Positions 8,726-18,312 of a DNA stretch of 38,886 bases are shown here, piece after piece (positions within the stretch are counted from its first letter, which is position 1; each line of letters opens with the position of its first letter). Source of the DNA: a virus; IMG/VR virus record IMGVR_UViG_3300035670_000585, positions 1 to 38,886 of that record. One strand, given 5' to 3'. The notes below the pieces were generated by a model. That model saw only the letters and a program-made list of their open reading frames with translations. It ran no database searches and had not been told where the DNA came from. The translations under genes and the position numbers were made by a program.

Positions 8726-9031
8726 ATGAACAGGGCACAGAAACGAGCAATAGTGCAAAGCAATCATAAGATATACACAGAGCCAGAAGTCAGAACGTTG
8801 CTGGAAAACATGAGGCGTACTACTCAGGAGAAAACATTACTTAAATCTTATGAAATCTATGTAGAGGTATTCAAAATGGCACTCAGGGACGAATTCGATT
8901 TTGGATCATCCCGGATGCAGCGAGTATTTGACAAAGTGAACACGATATTCAAGGCACTGGATAAAAAAGAATTGACACTAGAAATGATAAAAGAGGCAAT
9001 GGCAGAGGAATTGAAGGTAACAGTAAGATAA
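8726..9031 (+). CDS. Hypothetical protein
   Basis: ATG 8726 follows AAAAGGGGGA. Confidence 0.55.
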   Translation: MNRAQKRAIVQSNHKIYTEPEVRTLLENMRRTTQEKTLLKSYEIYVEVFKMALRDEFDFGSSRMQRVFDKVNTIFKALDKKELTLEMIKEAMAEELKVTVR

Positions 9032-9049
9032 ACATTTTAGGAGGAACCT

Positions 9050-9295
9050 ATGAACGCACTAAAGGCACTGCCAAACCATCCAGAGATACAAAAGTTTAAA
9101 ACTCTAACAAAGGGTGACATCGTGACCGTATACAGAAAAATGCCAAAACGAGCAACACGAAAGCCGGATTCAGGTGTCATACTCCAGATTGATAGATACA
9201 AGGTAGTCATCCGGTTCCTGTCAGGAGTTGAATCATTCACCACGGCGGATATTTTGGACAAGACCATTTTATTTGAAAAGGGGGAAGGGAAGTGA
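9050..9295 (+). CDS. Hypothetical protein
   Basis: ATG follows TAGGAGGAA. Confidence 0.55.
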   Translation: MNALKALPNHPEIQKFKTLTKGDIVTVYRKMPKRATRKPDSGVILQIDRYKVVIRFLSGVESFTTADILDKTILFEKGEGK

Positions 9296-9489
9296 AATAT
9301 CGCATATTCAAGCAATCGGATGTTGATCCAGGATACATACTGGGTGAATTTGATACCAGAGACGCAGCAAAGGCACTGGTTGAAATGATGACAAAAAATT
9401 TGAAATATGAAAACAAACAGCTTGTTAAAAAAGGTAGACCGCCATTTGAAACGACATACAAAATTATTGAAAGCGAGGTGATGAAATGA
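9292..9489 (+). CDS. Hypothetical protein
   Basis: GTG start overlaps the previous stop. SD is GGGGAAGGGA. Confidence 0.5.
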   Translation: MKYRIFKQSDVDPGYILGEFDTRDAAKALVEMMTKNLKYENKQLVKKGRPPFETTYKIIESEVMK

Positions 9490-9668
9490 GGTGTCCATTG
9501 TGCGGTATGGTAATGGCAACAGTAAACAACAGGCATTACGTTAAGCATAAAATAACCAGGCAAGAATGGCTGAAGGTTAACAACGTAAGACAAAACGAAC
9601 CCGGATTTCATAAATACATATTCAATGCAAACGAAAAGCCGTTCACGAGCAAAAGCAGGGTACTTTAA
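9486..9668 (+). CDS. Hypothetical small protein (N-terminal CPLC)
   Basis: ATGA overlap with the upstream ORF. Confidence 0.45.
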   Translation: MRCPLCGMVMATVNNRHYVKHKITRQEWLKVNNVRQNEPGFHKYIFNANEKPFTSKSRVL

Positions 9669-9687
9669 AAAACTGGAGGTAAAACAA

Positions 9688-9963
9688 ATGAAAATGCCAA
9701 TTATATGGATTAATGACTTTGACGCAGGAGAGCAGCTAAATAAAATTGAGGAGGAGCTGGACGAATTAATACTGGAGGATGAGGGCACACCGGAGGAGTT
9801 GGCAGAGGCTCTGGACATTATACAGGCAACGCTGACCTACATATTGCACGTCCATCCAATTGCAGCCATAGAAAAAGCGTTAGACGAACATTATAAAAAA
9901 ATAACCGGCAGGAAACACGATGTTGGAGGAGTTTTAAACTTTACTAGTCTGGAGGTGCTGTAA
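9688..9963 (+). CDS. Hypothetical protein, possibly MazG-like all-alpha NTP pyrophosphohydrolase
   Basis: ATG 9688 follows CTGGAGGT. The acidic helix pair IEEELDELILE...EELAEALDIIQ resembles MazG-type metal-binding helices. This is a weak call. Confidence 0.35.
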   Translation: MKMPIIWINDFDAGEQLNKIEEELDELILEDEGTPEELAEALDIIQATLTYILHVHPIAAIEKALDEHYKKITGRKHDVGGVLNFTSLEVL

Positions 9964-10334
9964 TGGTTTTTCATGAATCAGCCGAACAAAAATCATTAAT
10001 GCAATGGGTCAAGTATAACGAGGAGCGCATACCAGAGTTAAAACTTATTTACCACATCCCAAACGGGGGTAGGAGGGACGCAAGAGAAGCAGCAAGGTTT
10101 AAAGCAGAGGGAGTTAAGGCAGGAGTGCCAGACCTATGTTTCCCGGTTTCAAGAGGCAAGTACAATGGATTATACATCGAGATGAAATCTAAAGACGGCA
10201 AATTGTCAGACAACCAAAAATGGTGGATTGTTCGCCTAGAGGAGCAGGGGCATAAAGTCGCAGTATGTTACAGCTGGGTAGAGGCAAAAGAGGAGATTGA
10301 ACGCTATTTAAGCCGGGAGGTATTAGCCAAATGA
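9963..10334 (+). CDS. VRR-NUC domain nuclease
   Basis: Carries IPNGGRR, GVPDLCF, YIEMKSKDGKLSDNQKWW and LEEQGHKV. Confidence 0.7.
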   Translation: MVFHESAEQKSLMQWVKYNEERIPELKLIYHIPNGGRRDAREAARFKAEGVKAGVPDLCFPVSRGKYNGLYIEMKSKDGKLSDNQKWWIVRLEEQGHKVAVCYSWVEAKEEIERYLSREVLAK

Positions 10335-10843
10335 AAATTACTGACGCACTCAAGAAATACCGCATCAAAAAGGCCGAGTTAGACAGTACATACGCCAGAA
10401 TTGCAGTATATGAGCAAGCGTTAAAAAGTAATAATTTACACATCCTTGGCTATTACACAAAGCAGTCACCTGATGCAGGCATGCCACGCGCAAGACGAAA
10501 TATTTCAATGGTTGAGGCTGAATATTTCGCAACTGATACCGAATCTCAATTAACAAGAGAACTGGTTGACGAATGGATCCGAGAGGAGCATGACCGCATC
10601 TACATGAAACGCATCGAGGTTGAGCAGATCGAGGCGGCTATGAACAGCCTGACGAAACAGGAGAGGTTCATTGTTGAGTGTAAATACTTTGACCTCATGA
10701 GTTGGCGAGACATCGAAATCAGCTATTTCAACACGTTCAAAGAGCCAATCATTGACAAGTCACTCCAGGCTAAAAATGGACAGGCACTCACGAAACTTAC
10801 ATTAATACTTATGCCATTTTATGCAAAATTCATTTGCATTTGA
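10331..10843 (+). CDS. ArpU-like / sigma-region-4-like late transcription regulator
   Basis: About 170 aa and the last gene before the packaging module. LTKQERFIVECKYFDLMSWRDIE resembles sigma-70 region 4 and the ArpU family. Confidence 0.5.
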   Translation: MKITDALKKYRIKKAELDSTYARIAVYEQALKSNNLHILGYYTKQSPDAGMPRARRNISMVEAEYFATDTESQLTRELVDEWIREEHDRIYMKRIEVEQIEAAMNSLTKQERFIVECKYFDLMSWRDIEISYFNTFKEPIIDKSLQAKNGQALTKLTLILMPFYAKFICI

Positions 10844-10850
10844 GCAAAAT

Positions 10851-10880
10851 TTAGGAGAATTTTAGGAGTTTTTTAGGAGT
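10851..10880 (+). repeat. Three direct TTAGGAG repeats at 11-12 bp spacing
   Basis: TTAGGAG occurs at 10851, 10862 and 10874, each embedded in T-rich flanks. Confidence 0.8.
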
Positions 10881-10923
10881 TTTTCATAAAAAAACAGTTT
10901 AGAATGGTAATATGGGTTGATGT

Positions 10924-10983
10924 AAAAAACTTCGGTGGGGATGCGATTGACTTGGGCAATCGAATGGGGACCGGAGTTTTTTT
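10924..10983 (+). terminator. Large A/T-flanked hairpin (end of early operon)
   Basis: AAAAAACTTCGGT (10924-10936) pairs with ACCGGAGTTTTTT (10970-10982). An inner hairpin CGATTG/CAATCG is flanked by GGGGATG and AATGGGG. Confidence 0.6.
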
Positions 10984-11000
10984 ACGTTCAAAAATAACAT

Positions 11001-11072
11001 CTGATGTCAGCTAAGGGTAAGCGCATGGGGTTGGTTGCTCCATGATCCAGGGTTCAAGTCCCTGGCATCGGT
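11001..11072 (+). ncRNA. tRNA-like element (non-canonical cloverleaf)
   Basis: 7-bp acceptor stem CTGATGT/GCATCGG with 2 G-U pairs. T arm is CAGGG-TTCAAGT-CCCTG, and the D loop contains GGG. The anticodon stem is 7 bp with loop TTGGTTG (GGT), the variable region is 3 nt, and U8 is missing. Confidence 0.3.
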
Positions 11073-11196
11073 CTAAATGGAGTTAGCAGACACAGGATCA
11101 TATGGTCCTGTTATGTTTAGGGAAACGGTACATCACGATGGTAAGCGCAGGGGTGGGAGTGCTGTGATGTAAAGCAAAATTTATTTGAGGTGTTAT

Positions 11197-12396
11197 ATGG
11201 ATTTCAGGAAAATTAACGTAAAAAAACTGATACCGGCAGACTATAACCCAAGAAAAGATTTAAAGCCAGGGGATAAAGAATATGAAAAAATTAAACGGTC
11301 AATAGAGGAGTTTGGATACATTGACCCAATAATTTGCAATAAAGATATGACAGTTGTCGGTGGTCACCAGAGACTTAAAGTATTAAAGGATTTGGGGCAT
11401 ACAGAGGTAGAATGTGTTGTTGTTGACGTGGATAAGACGCGTGAAAAAGCTCTCAATATTGCGCTGAATAAAATTAGCGGCGAGTGGGATTTTGAGGCGT
11501 TAAAGGATTTGTTGCAGGAGATAGACACTGGCGAAATTGATATGGAGTTGACTGGATTTGATATGTCAGAGATAGAAAACCTTATGAGTCAATTTCATGA
11601 TGGAGATGTTAAAGAGGATGATTTTGACGCTGATAAAGCGTTGGAAGAAATAGTCGAGCCGATAACAAGGCGTGGGGATATATGGCAACTTGGACGGAAC
11701 CGGTTAATGTGTGGGGACAGTACACTAAAGAAAGATACAGAAAAGTTACTTGATGGAAATAAGGCTCATATGTGTTTCACTGATCCACCATATAACATAA
11801 ATTATGGAAATATAAAACATCCAAAATTTAAACAAAGAGAAATACAGAACGATAACATGTCAAAACAAGAATTTAAGAAATTTTGTTTTGAATTTACTTC
11901 GAGAATAAAAGAAAATGTTTTAGGTTGCGTATATATGGCAGGCCCTCCGGTCCCGGAGGGCCGAATAATGTTTACTGTTGCAGATGAATTATTGCATTGC
12001 AGTACAACGATTATATGGAACAAAGATCAATTTACTCTTGGCAGAAGCAAATACCAGAACAAATATGAACCCATTTGGTTTGGTTGGGTTGAGAATGGGT
12101 CAAGATTTTCACAAGACAGAACTCTTGTGAATGTTTGGGATATTAAAAGGCCAAAATCAAGCGATCTTCACCCAACAATGAAACCAATAGAACTTGTATC
12201 AAAAGCAATAAATGACGCAAGTTTAAGCGGAGATATAGTTTTAGATTTGTTTGGTGGATCAGGTTCAACACTAATAGCCTGCGAACAAATAAACCGCATC
12301 TGCTACATGATGGAACTGGATGAAAAATATTGCGATGTCATTATAAAGCGTTGGGAAACTTTAACGGGTAAGAAAGCTGAATTGATAAAGGGGTGA
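11197..12396 (+). CDS. ParB-like nuclease domain fused to N6/N4 DNA methyltransferase
   Basis: N-terminus LIPADYNPRK...VVGGHQRLKVLKDLG (ParBc), then FTDPPYNINYG (DPPY) and a C-terminal LDLFGGSGSTLIA (AdoMet motif). Confidence 0.85.
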   Translation: MDFRKINVKKLIPADYNPRKDLKPGDKEYEKIKRSIEEFGYIDPIICNKDMTVVGGHQRLKVLKDLGHTEVECVVVDVDKTREKALNIALNKISGEWDFEALKDLLQEIDTGEIDMELTGFDMSEIENLMSQFHDGDVKEDDFDADKALEEIVEPITRRGDIWQLGRNRLMCGDSTLKKDTEKLLDGNKAHMCFTDPPYNINYGNIKHPKFKQREIQNDNMSKQEFKKFCFEFTSRIKENVLGCVYMAGPPVPEGRIMFTVADELLHCSTTIIWNKDQFTLGRSKYQNKYEPIWFGWVENGSRFSQDRTLVNVWDIKRPKSSDLHPTMKPIELVSKAINDASLSGDIVLDLFGGSGSTLIACEQINRICYMMELDEKYCDVIIKRWETLTGKKAELIKG

Positions 12397-12400
12397 GAAC

Positions 12401-12889
12401 ATGAGTAAATATGAAACGCATGTCGAGCCTTATTTAGATAAAATAGCGTACTGGCGCAAAGACGGGTTAACAGAAGAACAGATTGCAAAAGACAAATTAC
12501 ATATAGCCTATTCAACATTAAATTTGTATAAAAAACAAAAATCGGAACTTTCGGAAGCATTAAAAGACGGGAAAGACGATTTAATAAGAGAGTTAAAAGA
12601 AAGCCTATATAAAAGAGCTATGGGGCATGAGGTCGAGGAAACAAAGACATATATTGAAAAAGACGACTCAGGCAAAGAAAAGAAAAAGGTTGAAAAAACA
12701 AAGCGAATGATACACTCAGACACATGTTTAATATTCGCATTAAAAAACCTCGACCCTGAAAACTTTAAGGATCGGCGAGAGTTAAAGCAAGAAGTAAACC
12801 AGACTATACGCACACTCGGCTTTGATCTGGTTGATGAAAATGGGAACGTAATTGATTTAAAAGAGGGCGTTGCAGATGTTGATTTATGA
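12401..12889 (+). CDS. terS: Terminase small subunit
   Basis: Lies directly upstream of and overlaps the large terminase. It has an N-terminal HTH-like segment (GLTEEQIAKDKLHIAYSTLNLY) and is basic and acidic. Confidence 0.7.
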   Translation: MSKYETHVEPYLDKIAYWRKDGLTEEQIAKDKLHIAYSTLNLYKKQKSELSEALKDGKDDLIRELKESLYKRAMGHEVEETKTYIEKDDSGKEKKKVEKTKRMIHSDTCLIFALKNLDPENFKDRRELKQEVNQTIRTLGFDLVDENGNVIDLKEGVADVDL

Positions 12890-14120
12890 CCGTCCAAAAG
12901 TTGACCGCCGGGCATTTAATGACGCATACTGGCCTTATTTAAAATACAATACCAGGACGCAGATATATTTCGGTGGTTCATCGTCAGGGAAAAGTTATTT
13001 CCTCGCGCAGCGTACAATTTTAGATGTAATTTACAACGATAGAAACTACCTCATATGCAGAAATACAGCATCAACGATAAAACGGTCTGTTTTCAACGAA
13101 ATAGTCAAAGCAATAATAAACTATAACGCTTACTCTATTTTCAACATAAACAAAACCGACATGGTGATAACGTGCTTGATAAACAGCAAGCAAATTTTGT
13201 TTTGTGGCCTTGACGATCCAGAGAAAATAAAGTCCATAACTCCAATCAATGGGGTTATAACAGATATATGGGTTGAGGAGGCAACAGAAACAGAATACAC
13301 CGCAGTAAAACAACTCCAAAAACGTTTGAGAGGTATGAGCGCATCAAAAAAACGGTTAGTGTTATCGTTTAACCCAATTTTGCAAACACACTGGATTTAT
13401 AACGAATATTTTGGCAAGTGGGATGATAATAAGACGGTTTATGAGTCCAGTGATTTATTTATTCTTAAAACGACGTATTTAGATAACAAATTCTTAACAG
13501 ATGATGACCGCCGCGCACTCGAAAATGAAAAAGACCCATATTATTACCAAGTTTACACGCTCGGCAACTGGGGTGTGCTTGGTGCTGTCATATACAAAAA
13601 CTGGGGTATTGAGGATTTGAGTGATGTTAAAGCATCGTTTGATAAATATAAGATTGGTCTCGACTTTGGATTTGCTCAAGACCCATCCGCTCTGATCGTG
13701 ACGCATTACGACAAGGCCAGAAAGCGCATATATGTTTTCGATGAGGTCTACGCAACCAACCTTGACAATGAGGAGCTGGCAATGATCATCCGTGAAAAGG
13801 TGGACAAAAAGCCAGTAACGTGTGACAGTGCAGAGCCGAAAAGTATTGCCGAGTTAAAAAAATACGGGGTATATGCCATTGGTGCAAAAAAAGGGCCGGA
13901 CAGCATTGATTATGGCATCAAGTTTCTGCAAAAGCACGAGATTATAATTGATGTGAAATGCCAGAACTTTAAAAACGAAATCCAGCAGTACAAATGGAAA
14001 GAGGATAAAACCGGAAACGTATTACCTGTTCCTATTGACAAAAATAACCATTTGTTGGATGGGTTACGTTACGCATATGAGGACGAAATGAAAGAATCGC
14101 AAGGAATATATTTTATATAA
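12876..14120 (+). CDS. terL: Terminase large subunit (PBSX/Terminase_3-like)
   Basis: Walker A is GGSSSGKS, followed by a C-terminal nuclease region. ATG 12876 lies 8 nt after AAAGAGGG; the track start 12870 is a TTG. Confidence 0.85.
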   Translation: MLIYDRPKVDRRAFNDAYWPYLKYNTRTQIYFGGSSSGKSYFLAQRTILDVIYNDRNYLICRNTASTIKRSVFNEIVKAIINYNAYSIFNINKTDMVITCLINSKQILFCGLDDPEKIKSITPINGVITDIWVEEATETEYTAVKQLQKRLRGMSASKKRLVLSFNPILQTHWIYNEYFGKWDDNKTVYESSDLFILKTTYLDNKFLTDDDRRALENEKDPYYYQVYTLGNWGVLGAVIYKNWGIEDLSDVKASFDKYKIGLDFGFAQDPSALIVTHYDKARKRIYVFDEVYATNLDNEELAMIIREKVDKKPVTCDSAEPKSIAELKKYGVYAIGAKKGPDSIDYGIKFLQKHEIIIDVKCQNFKNEIQQYKWKEDKTGNVLPVPIDKNNHLLDGLRYAYEDEMKESQGIYFI

Positions 14121-14130
14121 ATAAATTTTG

Positions 14131-14195
14131 GCATAGACATGTTGCAACATGCACAAGGGCCGAACGTCTCCCGGCCCTTTTTCTATGCCTTTTTA
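14131..14195 (+). terminator. Nested hairpin / terminator between terminase and portal
   Basis: The outer stem GGCATAGA/TCTATGCC encloses the palindrome CATGTTGCAACATG and the stem AGGGCCG/CGGCCCT. T-runs follow. Confidence 0.55.
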
Positions 14196-14247
14196 TAGGA
14201 TTTAAATATAGACTAATTGATTAATAGTAAAAACAGGCGGTGATAAA

Positions 14248-16302
14248 GTGGGATTTATAGACAAGTTAATGGGTCAGTTTCAGCGCAAAATGACACAGTA
14301 TACATACCAATGGAACTATGGCAAGCCAGTTTGGGCAACTCAAAAAGATGAGGCATACATACGTGAGGCATATAATAAGGTTGTCTGGGTTTATGCTTGT
14401 GTTGCCATGATTGCCAGTTGCACATCCTCTGTGCCTTGGGTGCTATACCGTAAGCGCGGCGGTAAACTAAACGAGATACCAGATCATCCAATTTTAAACA
14501 TTGTTAACAACAGAGTGAATCCTTGGCTGTCAAGCCGGGACTTTTTTGATTTGTGGGCCACATATTTGGCTCTACAAGGCAAATTTTATGCCGAAATGAA
14601 TAATCCGACAATCCCGACACAATTGTCACCTATTTACCCCCATTTTGTCAGCCCTGTGCCTGATAAAAAACAATTTGTCTCCGGGTTTGAGTTTCAAATG
14701 GGTAGTGACAAAATTATTTACCCGGCTGATTCGGTGATCTGGTCAAAGTTTAATGATCCATTAGATCTTTACCAAGGGTTGTCACCAATCAGGGCAATGG
14801 CGAGAACAATTGACACAGAGAATCAGGCTGTCGATTGGAATAAAACCACATTGCAAAATGCAGCGGTACCACCGGGAGCAATTTCGGCGGTAAACATTTC
14901 ACCAGAGACAAAAGAGAAGCTGCGTGAGGATTGGCTGAATAGGTACGGTGGCTCAAATAATGCTAGGGTGCCATTGCTATTGGATGCTGAGAGGATTCAA
15001 TACACATCCTTTGGACTAAGCCCTGTTGATATGGATTTCTTGAATCAGCGCAAGTTGAACCGCATAGAAATATGTTCGGCTTTTGGTGTGCCTGGTCAGG
15101 TGGTCGGGGATCCAGAGGGACAAACATATGCAAATTATGAGGAGGCACTAAAATCATTCTGGCAAAACACTATAGTGCCGAGGTACCTGGACAACATCAA
15201 ATCTACACTAAATAGTGACTTAGTTGCCAGATACGCGGACAATTTAGTGTTGGATTACAACCTCGATGACATAACCGTCTTACACGAATCAATTGATGCC
15301 ATCTCTGACAGGGTAACAAAATTATTCGTCAACAACATTATAACCAGAGAAGAAGCGAGAGAGGCTTTAGGCTATGAGGCAGAGGCTGACGGCGAATATT
15401 ATGCCGAGGTTGCATCAAAAATATTGCAGGGTGGCAAGACTAATCCGGTGCAAACTGGGGACGATGCTGACCAGAGCCTGACAGAAACAGATGATACCTT
15501 GGACGATGGTGAGACTGACAGAGTAAAAAAAAACTTAAAATCCGTTGACATGACGGAGGAGCAAAAAGCACTCTACTGGAAAGCATACGAGGGCAAGCGG
15601 TCAAAGTATTACAGCCGGCTTGAAAGCAAAGTTAAAGGTTTGTTTGATGATGAGCGCAAAAAAATTTCCAGTGTAGAGGCTGAAACTTATTCGGTATACA
15701 GGGCACAGGTTAATGCGGTGATCAGCAAAGGACAGGTTGATTGGCGAAACACATTGACAGCCGCTTATATTGCCATAATTGACGATTTTGGCTCAGAGGT
15801 TTACAGAGACCTGGAGAGCAAAAAGGCATTTGGTTTCAGTGTTTTTGCACAGGCTATAATGCAGTTCGTTTCATCAACCGTTGCTGAGATGGTGGTCAAT
15901 ATTACTGACACGACAAAGACCCATATTAAGCAGAGGATTGATGAGGGAATAACAGAGGGTATGCCAATCGCTAAAATAGCGAAATGGATTGACAACCTCT
16001 ACCTGGACGAAATTATACCAAACAGGTCAAAGGTTATTGCACAGACAGAGACCATCCGGGCATCAAATTACGGTTCATATGCAGCTGCACAGCAAGCAAG
16101 TTCAAACGTGAAAAAGATATGGATTCCAACCTATGACCAGAGGACACGGGATACGCATTTTGCTATGGGTGCTCATGCTCCTGTTGATATGGACGGATAT
16201 TTTACAGTGGGTGACAGCCGTATGCAGTACCCGGGAGACCCAAACGGGTCAGCAAAGGAGACAATCAACTGTCGGTGTGCAATAGGCTATGTTAGAAAAT
16301 AG
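14248..16302 (+). CDS. Portal protein fused to Mu F / SPP1 gp7-like head morphogenesis domain
   Basis: The N-terminal roughly 430 aa are portal-like. The C-terminus has IAQTETIRASNYG...DQRTRDTHFAMGAH...INCRCAIGY (Phage_Mu_F signature). Confidence 0.8.
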   Translation: MGFIDKLMGQFQRKMTQYTYQWNYGKPVWATQKDEAYIREAYNKVVWVYACVAMIASCTSSVPWVLYRKRGGKLNEIPDHPILNIVNNRVNPWLSSRDFFDLWATYLALQGKFYAEMNNPTIPTQLSPIYPHFVSPVPDKKQFVSGFEFQMGSDKIIYPADSVIWSKFNDPLDLYQGLSPIRAMARTIDTENQAVDWNKTTLQNAAVPPGAISAVNISPETKEKLREDWLNRYGGSNNARVPLLLDAERIQYTSFGLSPVDMDFLNQRKLNRIEICSAFGVPGQVVGDPEGQTYANYEEALKSFWQNTIVPRYLDNIKSTLNSDLVARYADNLVLDYNLDDITVLHESIDAISDRVTKLFVNNIITREEAREALGYEAEADGEYYAEVASKILQGGKTNPVQTGDDADQSLTETDDTLDDGETDRVKKNLKSVDMTEEQKALYWKAYEGKRSKYYSRLESKVKGLFDDERKKISSVEAETYSVYRAQVNAVISKGQVDWRNTLTAAYIAIIDDFGSEVYRDLESKKAFGFSVFAQAIMQFVSSTVAEMVVNITDTTKTHIKQRIDEGITEGMPIAKIAKWIDNLYLDEIIPNRSKVIAQTETIRASNYGSYAAAQQASSNVKKIWIPTYDQRTRDTHFAMGAHAPVDMDGYFTVGDSRMQYPGDPNGSAKETINCRCAIGYVRK

Positions 16303-16317
16303 AAAGGTGGTGCATCA

Positions 16318-16983
16318 ATGTTTGAATATAAGAGCTTTGACTTTGAGATTAAGGCTCAAGAGGACGGAGTGTTTGAAGGTTATGCCTCGATGTTCAATAA
16401 TCTGGACAGCTACAGGGATATAGTCGTTAAAGGGGCATTTAACAGGACCATAAATAATAACAGTAACAGGGTTAAGGTATTGTGGCAGCATGATATAAGC
16501 GAGCCAATCGGCAAGCCGATCATGATGGCTGAGGACGAAAAAGGATTACACGTCAAAGCGAAACTTTGCCTTGGTACTGAAAAAGGCCGACAATGCTTTG
16601 AGCTTATGAAAGACGGTGTTATAAATGAGTTGTCGATTGGATATGACACCATACAAGACGAATACGATTCAAAGAATAGAATCAGGTATTTGAAAGAGGT
16701 CCGTTTGTGGGAGTTTTCGGCAGTTACATTCGCCGCCAATGATATGGCCAAGGTCAACAATGTAAAGCGATTTGACAGATTACTCGATGAGCTGAAATCG
16801 GGGAGGGTATTGTCATCGACCAACAGAAGCAGGATTCAAGAAACGATTGACGCACTAATGGCACTCTTGATTGAGACTGACCCGGAGAGATCCACTCAGA
16901 CTCTTGAAGATCCGCCTAAAAATAGCGATATTGACCCGGACACCGTCCACTCAATACTCGAAGCAATTAAGCAGTACAAGTAA
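16318..16983 (+). CDS. HK97-family prohead protease
   Basis: FEGYASMFNNLDSYRDIVVKGAF...VKVLWQHD...PIGK, located between portal and capsid. Confidence 0.85.
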   Translation: MFEYKSFDFEIKAQEDGVFEGYASMFNNLDSYRDIVVKGAFNRTINNNSNRVKVLWQHDISEPIGKPIMMAEDEKGLHVKAKLCLGTEKGRQCFELMKDGVINELSIGYDTIQDEYDSKNRIRYLKEVRLWEFSAVTFAANDMAKVNNVKRFDRLLDELKSGRVLSSTNRSRIQETIDALMALLIETDPERSTQTLEDPPKNSDIDPDTVHSILEAIKQYK

Positions 16984-17010
16984 AAATTACAACTAAACAG
17001 AAGCAATGCG

Positions 17011-17037
17011 AAACGCCGAAAGTGGGCGTTTTTTTGT
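17011..17037 (+). terminator. Hairpin plus T-run between protease and capsid genes
   Basis: AACGCC-GAAAGTG-GGCGTT followed by TTTTTT. Confidence 0.5.
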
Positions 17038-17066
17038 TGCCCAAAATTTTGAAAGGAGTGTGTCAG

Positions 17067-18293
17067 ATGGAGACTAAAAACAACCAAACGCAGGTTGACG
17101 TTTTGCTTGCTGAGATTAAGGCAATCGCCGAAGGCAAAGCAAACAAAGATGATTACAACAGTAAAATGGCCGAGTTAAAAGAGGCTATGGACAACAGAAA
17201 CAAAGAGGTTGACCGTCAGATTGGTGACGTTGAAACCAAGTTCGAACAGCGCATGGCTAAAATGACAGATTCGATTACAAACGGTTTCAAGGCAGTTCAT
17301 CAGCCTGCAATTGCACCAGAGCAGAAGTATGGTAAGAGCTTTGGTGAGTTCCTGAGAAATGTTAAGTCAAAAGCAATGGAAATTAAGGATTTAGCAGAAG
17401 GAACTGGCGCGTCCGGTGGATACCTGGTGCCTGACCAGTTCATGGCTGAAATTCTTAAGGTAGACCTTGAGCAATCCGTTGTCAGATCCAACGGTGCAAG
17501 AATCATCAACATGACATCAAATAAGCTGATGATCCCGGCACTGGACATGGACACTAATGCAGCCGGTTCAATTTACGGTGGAGTTGCTGCTTATTGGGGC
17601 TCTGAAAATGGGACTATGACAGAAACACAGCCTACTTTCAAGAGGGTTACTCTTGAACCCAAAAAATTATACGGATACTGCGAAGATCCCAACGAACTCG
17701 AAGCTGATGCCATTGTTTCTATGGGCAGCCTGTTAACCCAGATGTTCGGTGAGGTTCTGGCGTTCGAGGAAGATTACGCTTTCTTGACAAACGCAACACC
17801 TGGCAGACCTCAAGGGATTATTACCGCACCTGCTTACATCACAGTAAGCCGCGCAACCTCCTCACAGGTCAACACAACCGACATCATCAACATGATGGCA
17901 AGGTTTAAGGGCAATATGAGCAGAGCAAAATTCTTTGTGAATCAATCTGTTCTGCCTTACATCTATGCACTGCAAGATCCAAATGGTTCATATATTTGGG
18001 CACCTTCAGCAGCTGCAGGATCACCCGGCACCCTGTACGGCAGACCTATTGTCGTAACAGAAAAACTGCCTGCGCTTGGCACAACCGGAGATGTTCTGCT
18101 TGCCGACATGGGATTCTACCTCATCGGTGACAGGGCTGGAATGTCTGTCATGACATCCGAGCATTTCAAATTCCAGAATGACCAGATGGCCTACAGAGTG
18201 ACCAAGAGAGTTGACGGTCAGGTATGGCTTGACAGCGCAATAACACCACGAGCAGGAGGCAGCACTCTGTCACCGTTCGTTGGAATCGGTTAA
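17067..18293 (+). CDS. Major capsid protein, HK97 fold family
   Basis: ATG 17067 follows AAAGGAG. It has an N-terminal coiled delta-like region followed by a capsid body of about 300 aa, in the position after the protease. Confidence 0.85.
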   Translation: METKNNQTQVDVLLAEIKAIAEGKANKDDYNSKMAELKEAMDNRNKEVDRQIGDVETKFEQRMAKMTDSITNGFKAVHQPAIAPEQKYGKSFGEFLRNVKSKAMEIKDLAEGTGASGGYLVPDQFMAEILKVDLEQSVVRSNGARIINMTSNKLMIPALDMDTNAAGSIYGGVAAYWGSENGTMTETQPTFKRVTLEPKKLYGYCEDPNELEADAIVSMGSLLTQMFGEVLAFEEDYAFLTNATPGRPQGIITAPAYITVSRATSSQVNTTDIINMMARFKGNMSRAKFFVNQSVLPYIYALQDPNGSYIWAPSAAAGSPGTLYGRPIVVTEKLPALGTTGDVLLADMGFYLIGDRAGMSVMTSEHFKFQNDQMAYRVTKRVDGQVWLDSAITPRAGGSTLSPFVGIG

Positions 18294-18312
18294 GAGAGGG
18301 GGATAACATACG

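Noticed and set aside
11001-11072. Calling the element a functional tRNA-Thr(GGU)
   Set aside because: The anticodon stem is 7 bp, position 37 is a pyrimidine, U8 is absent, the D stem has only 3 bp and the variable loop is 3 nt. It is kept only as a tRNA-like element.
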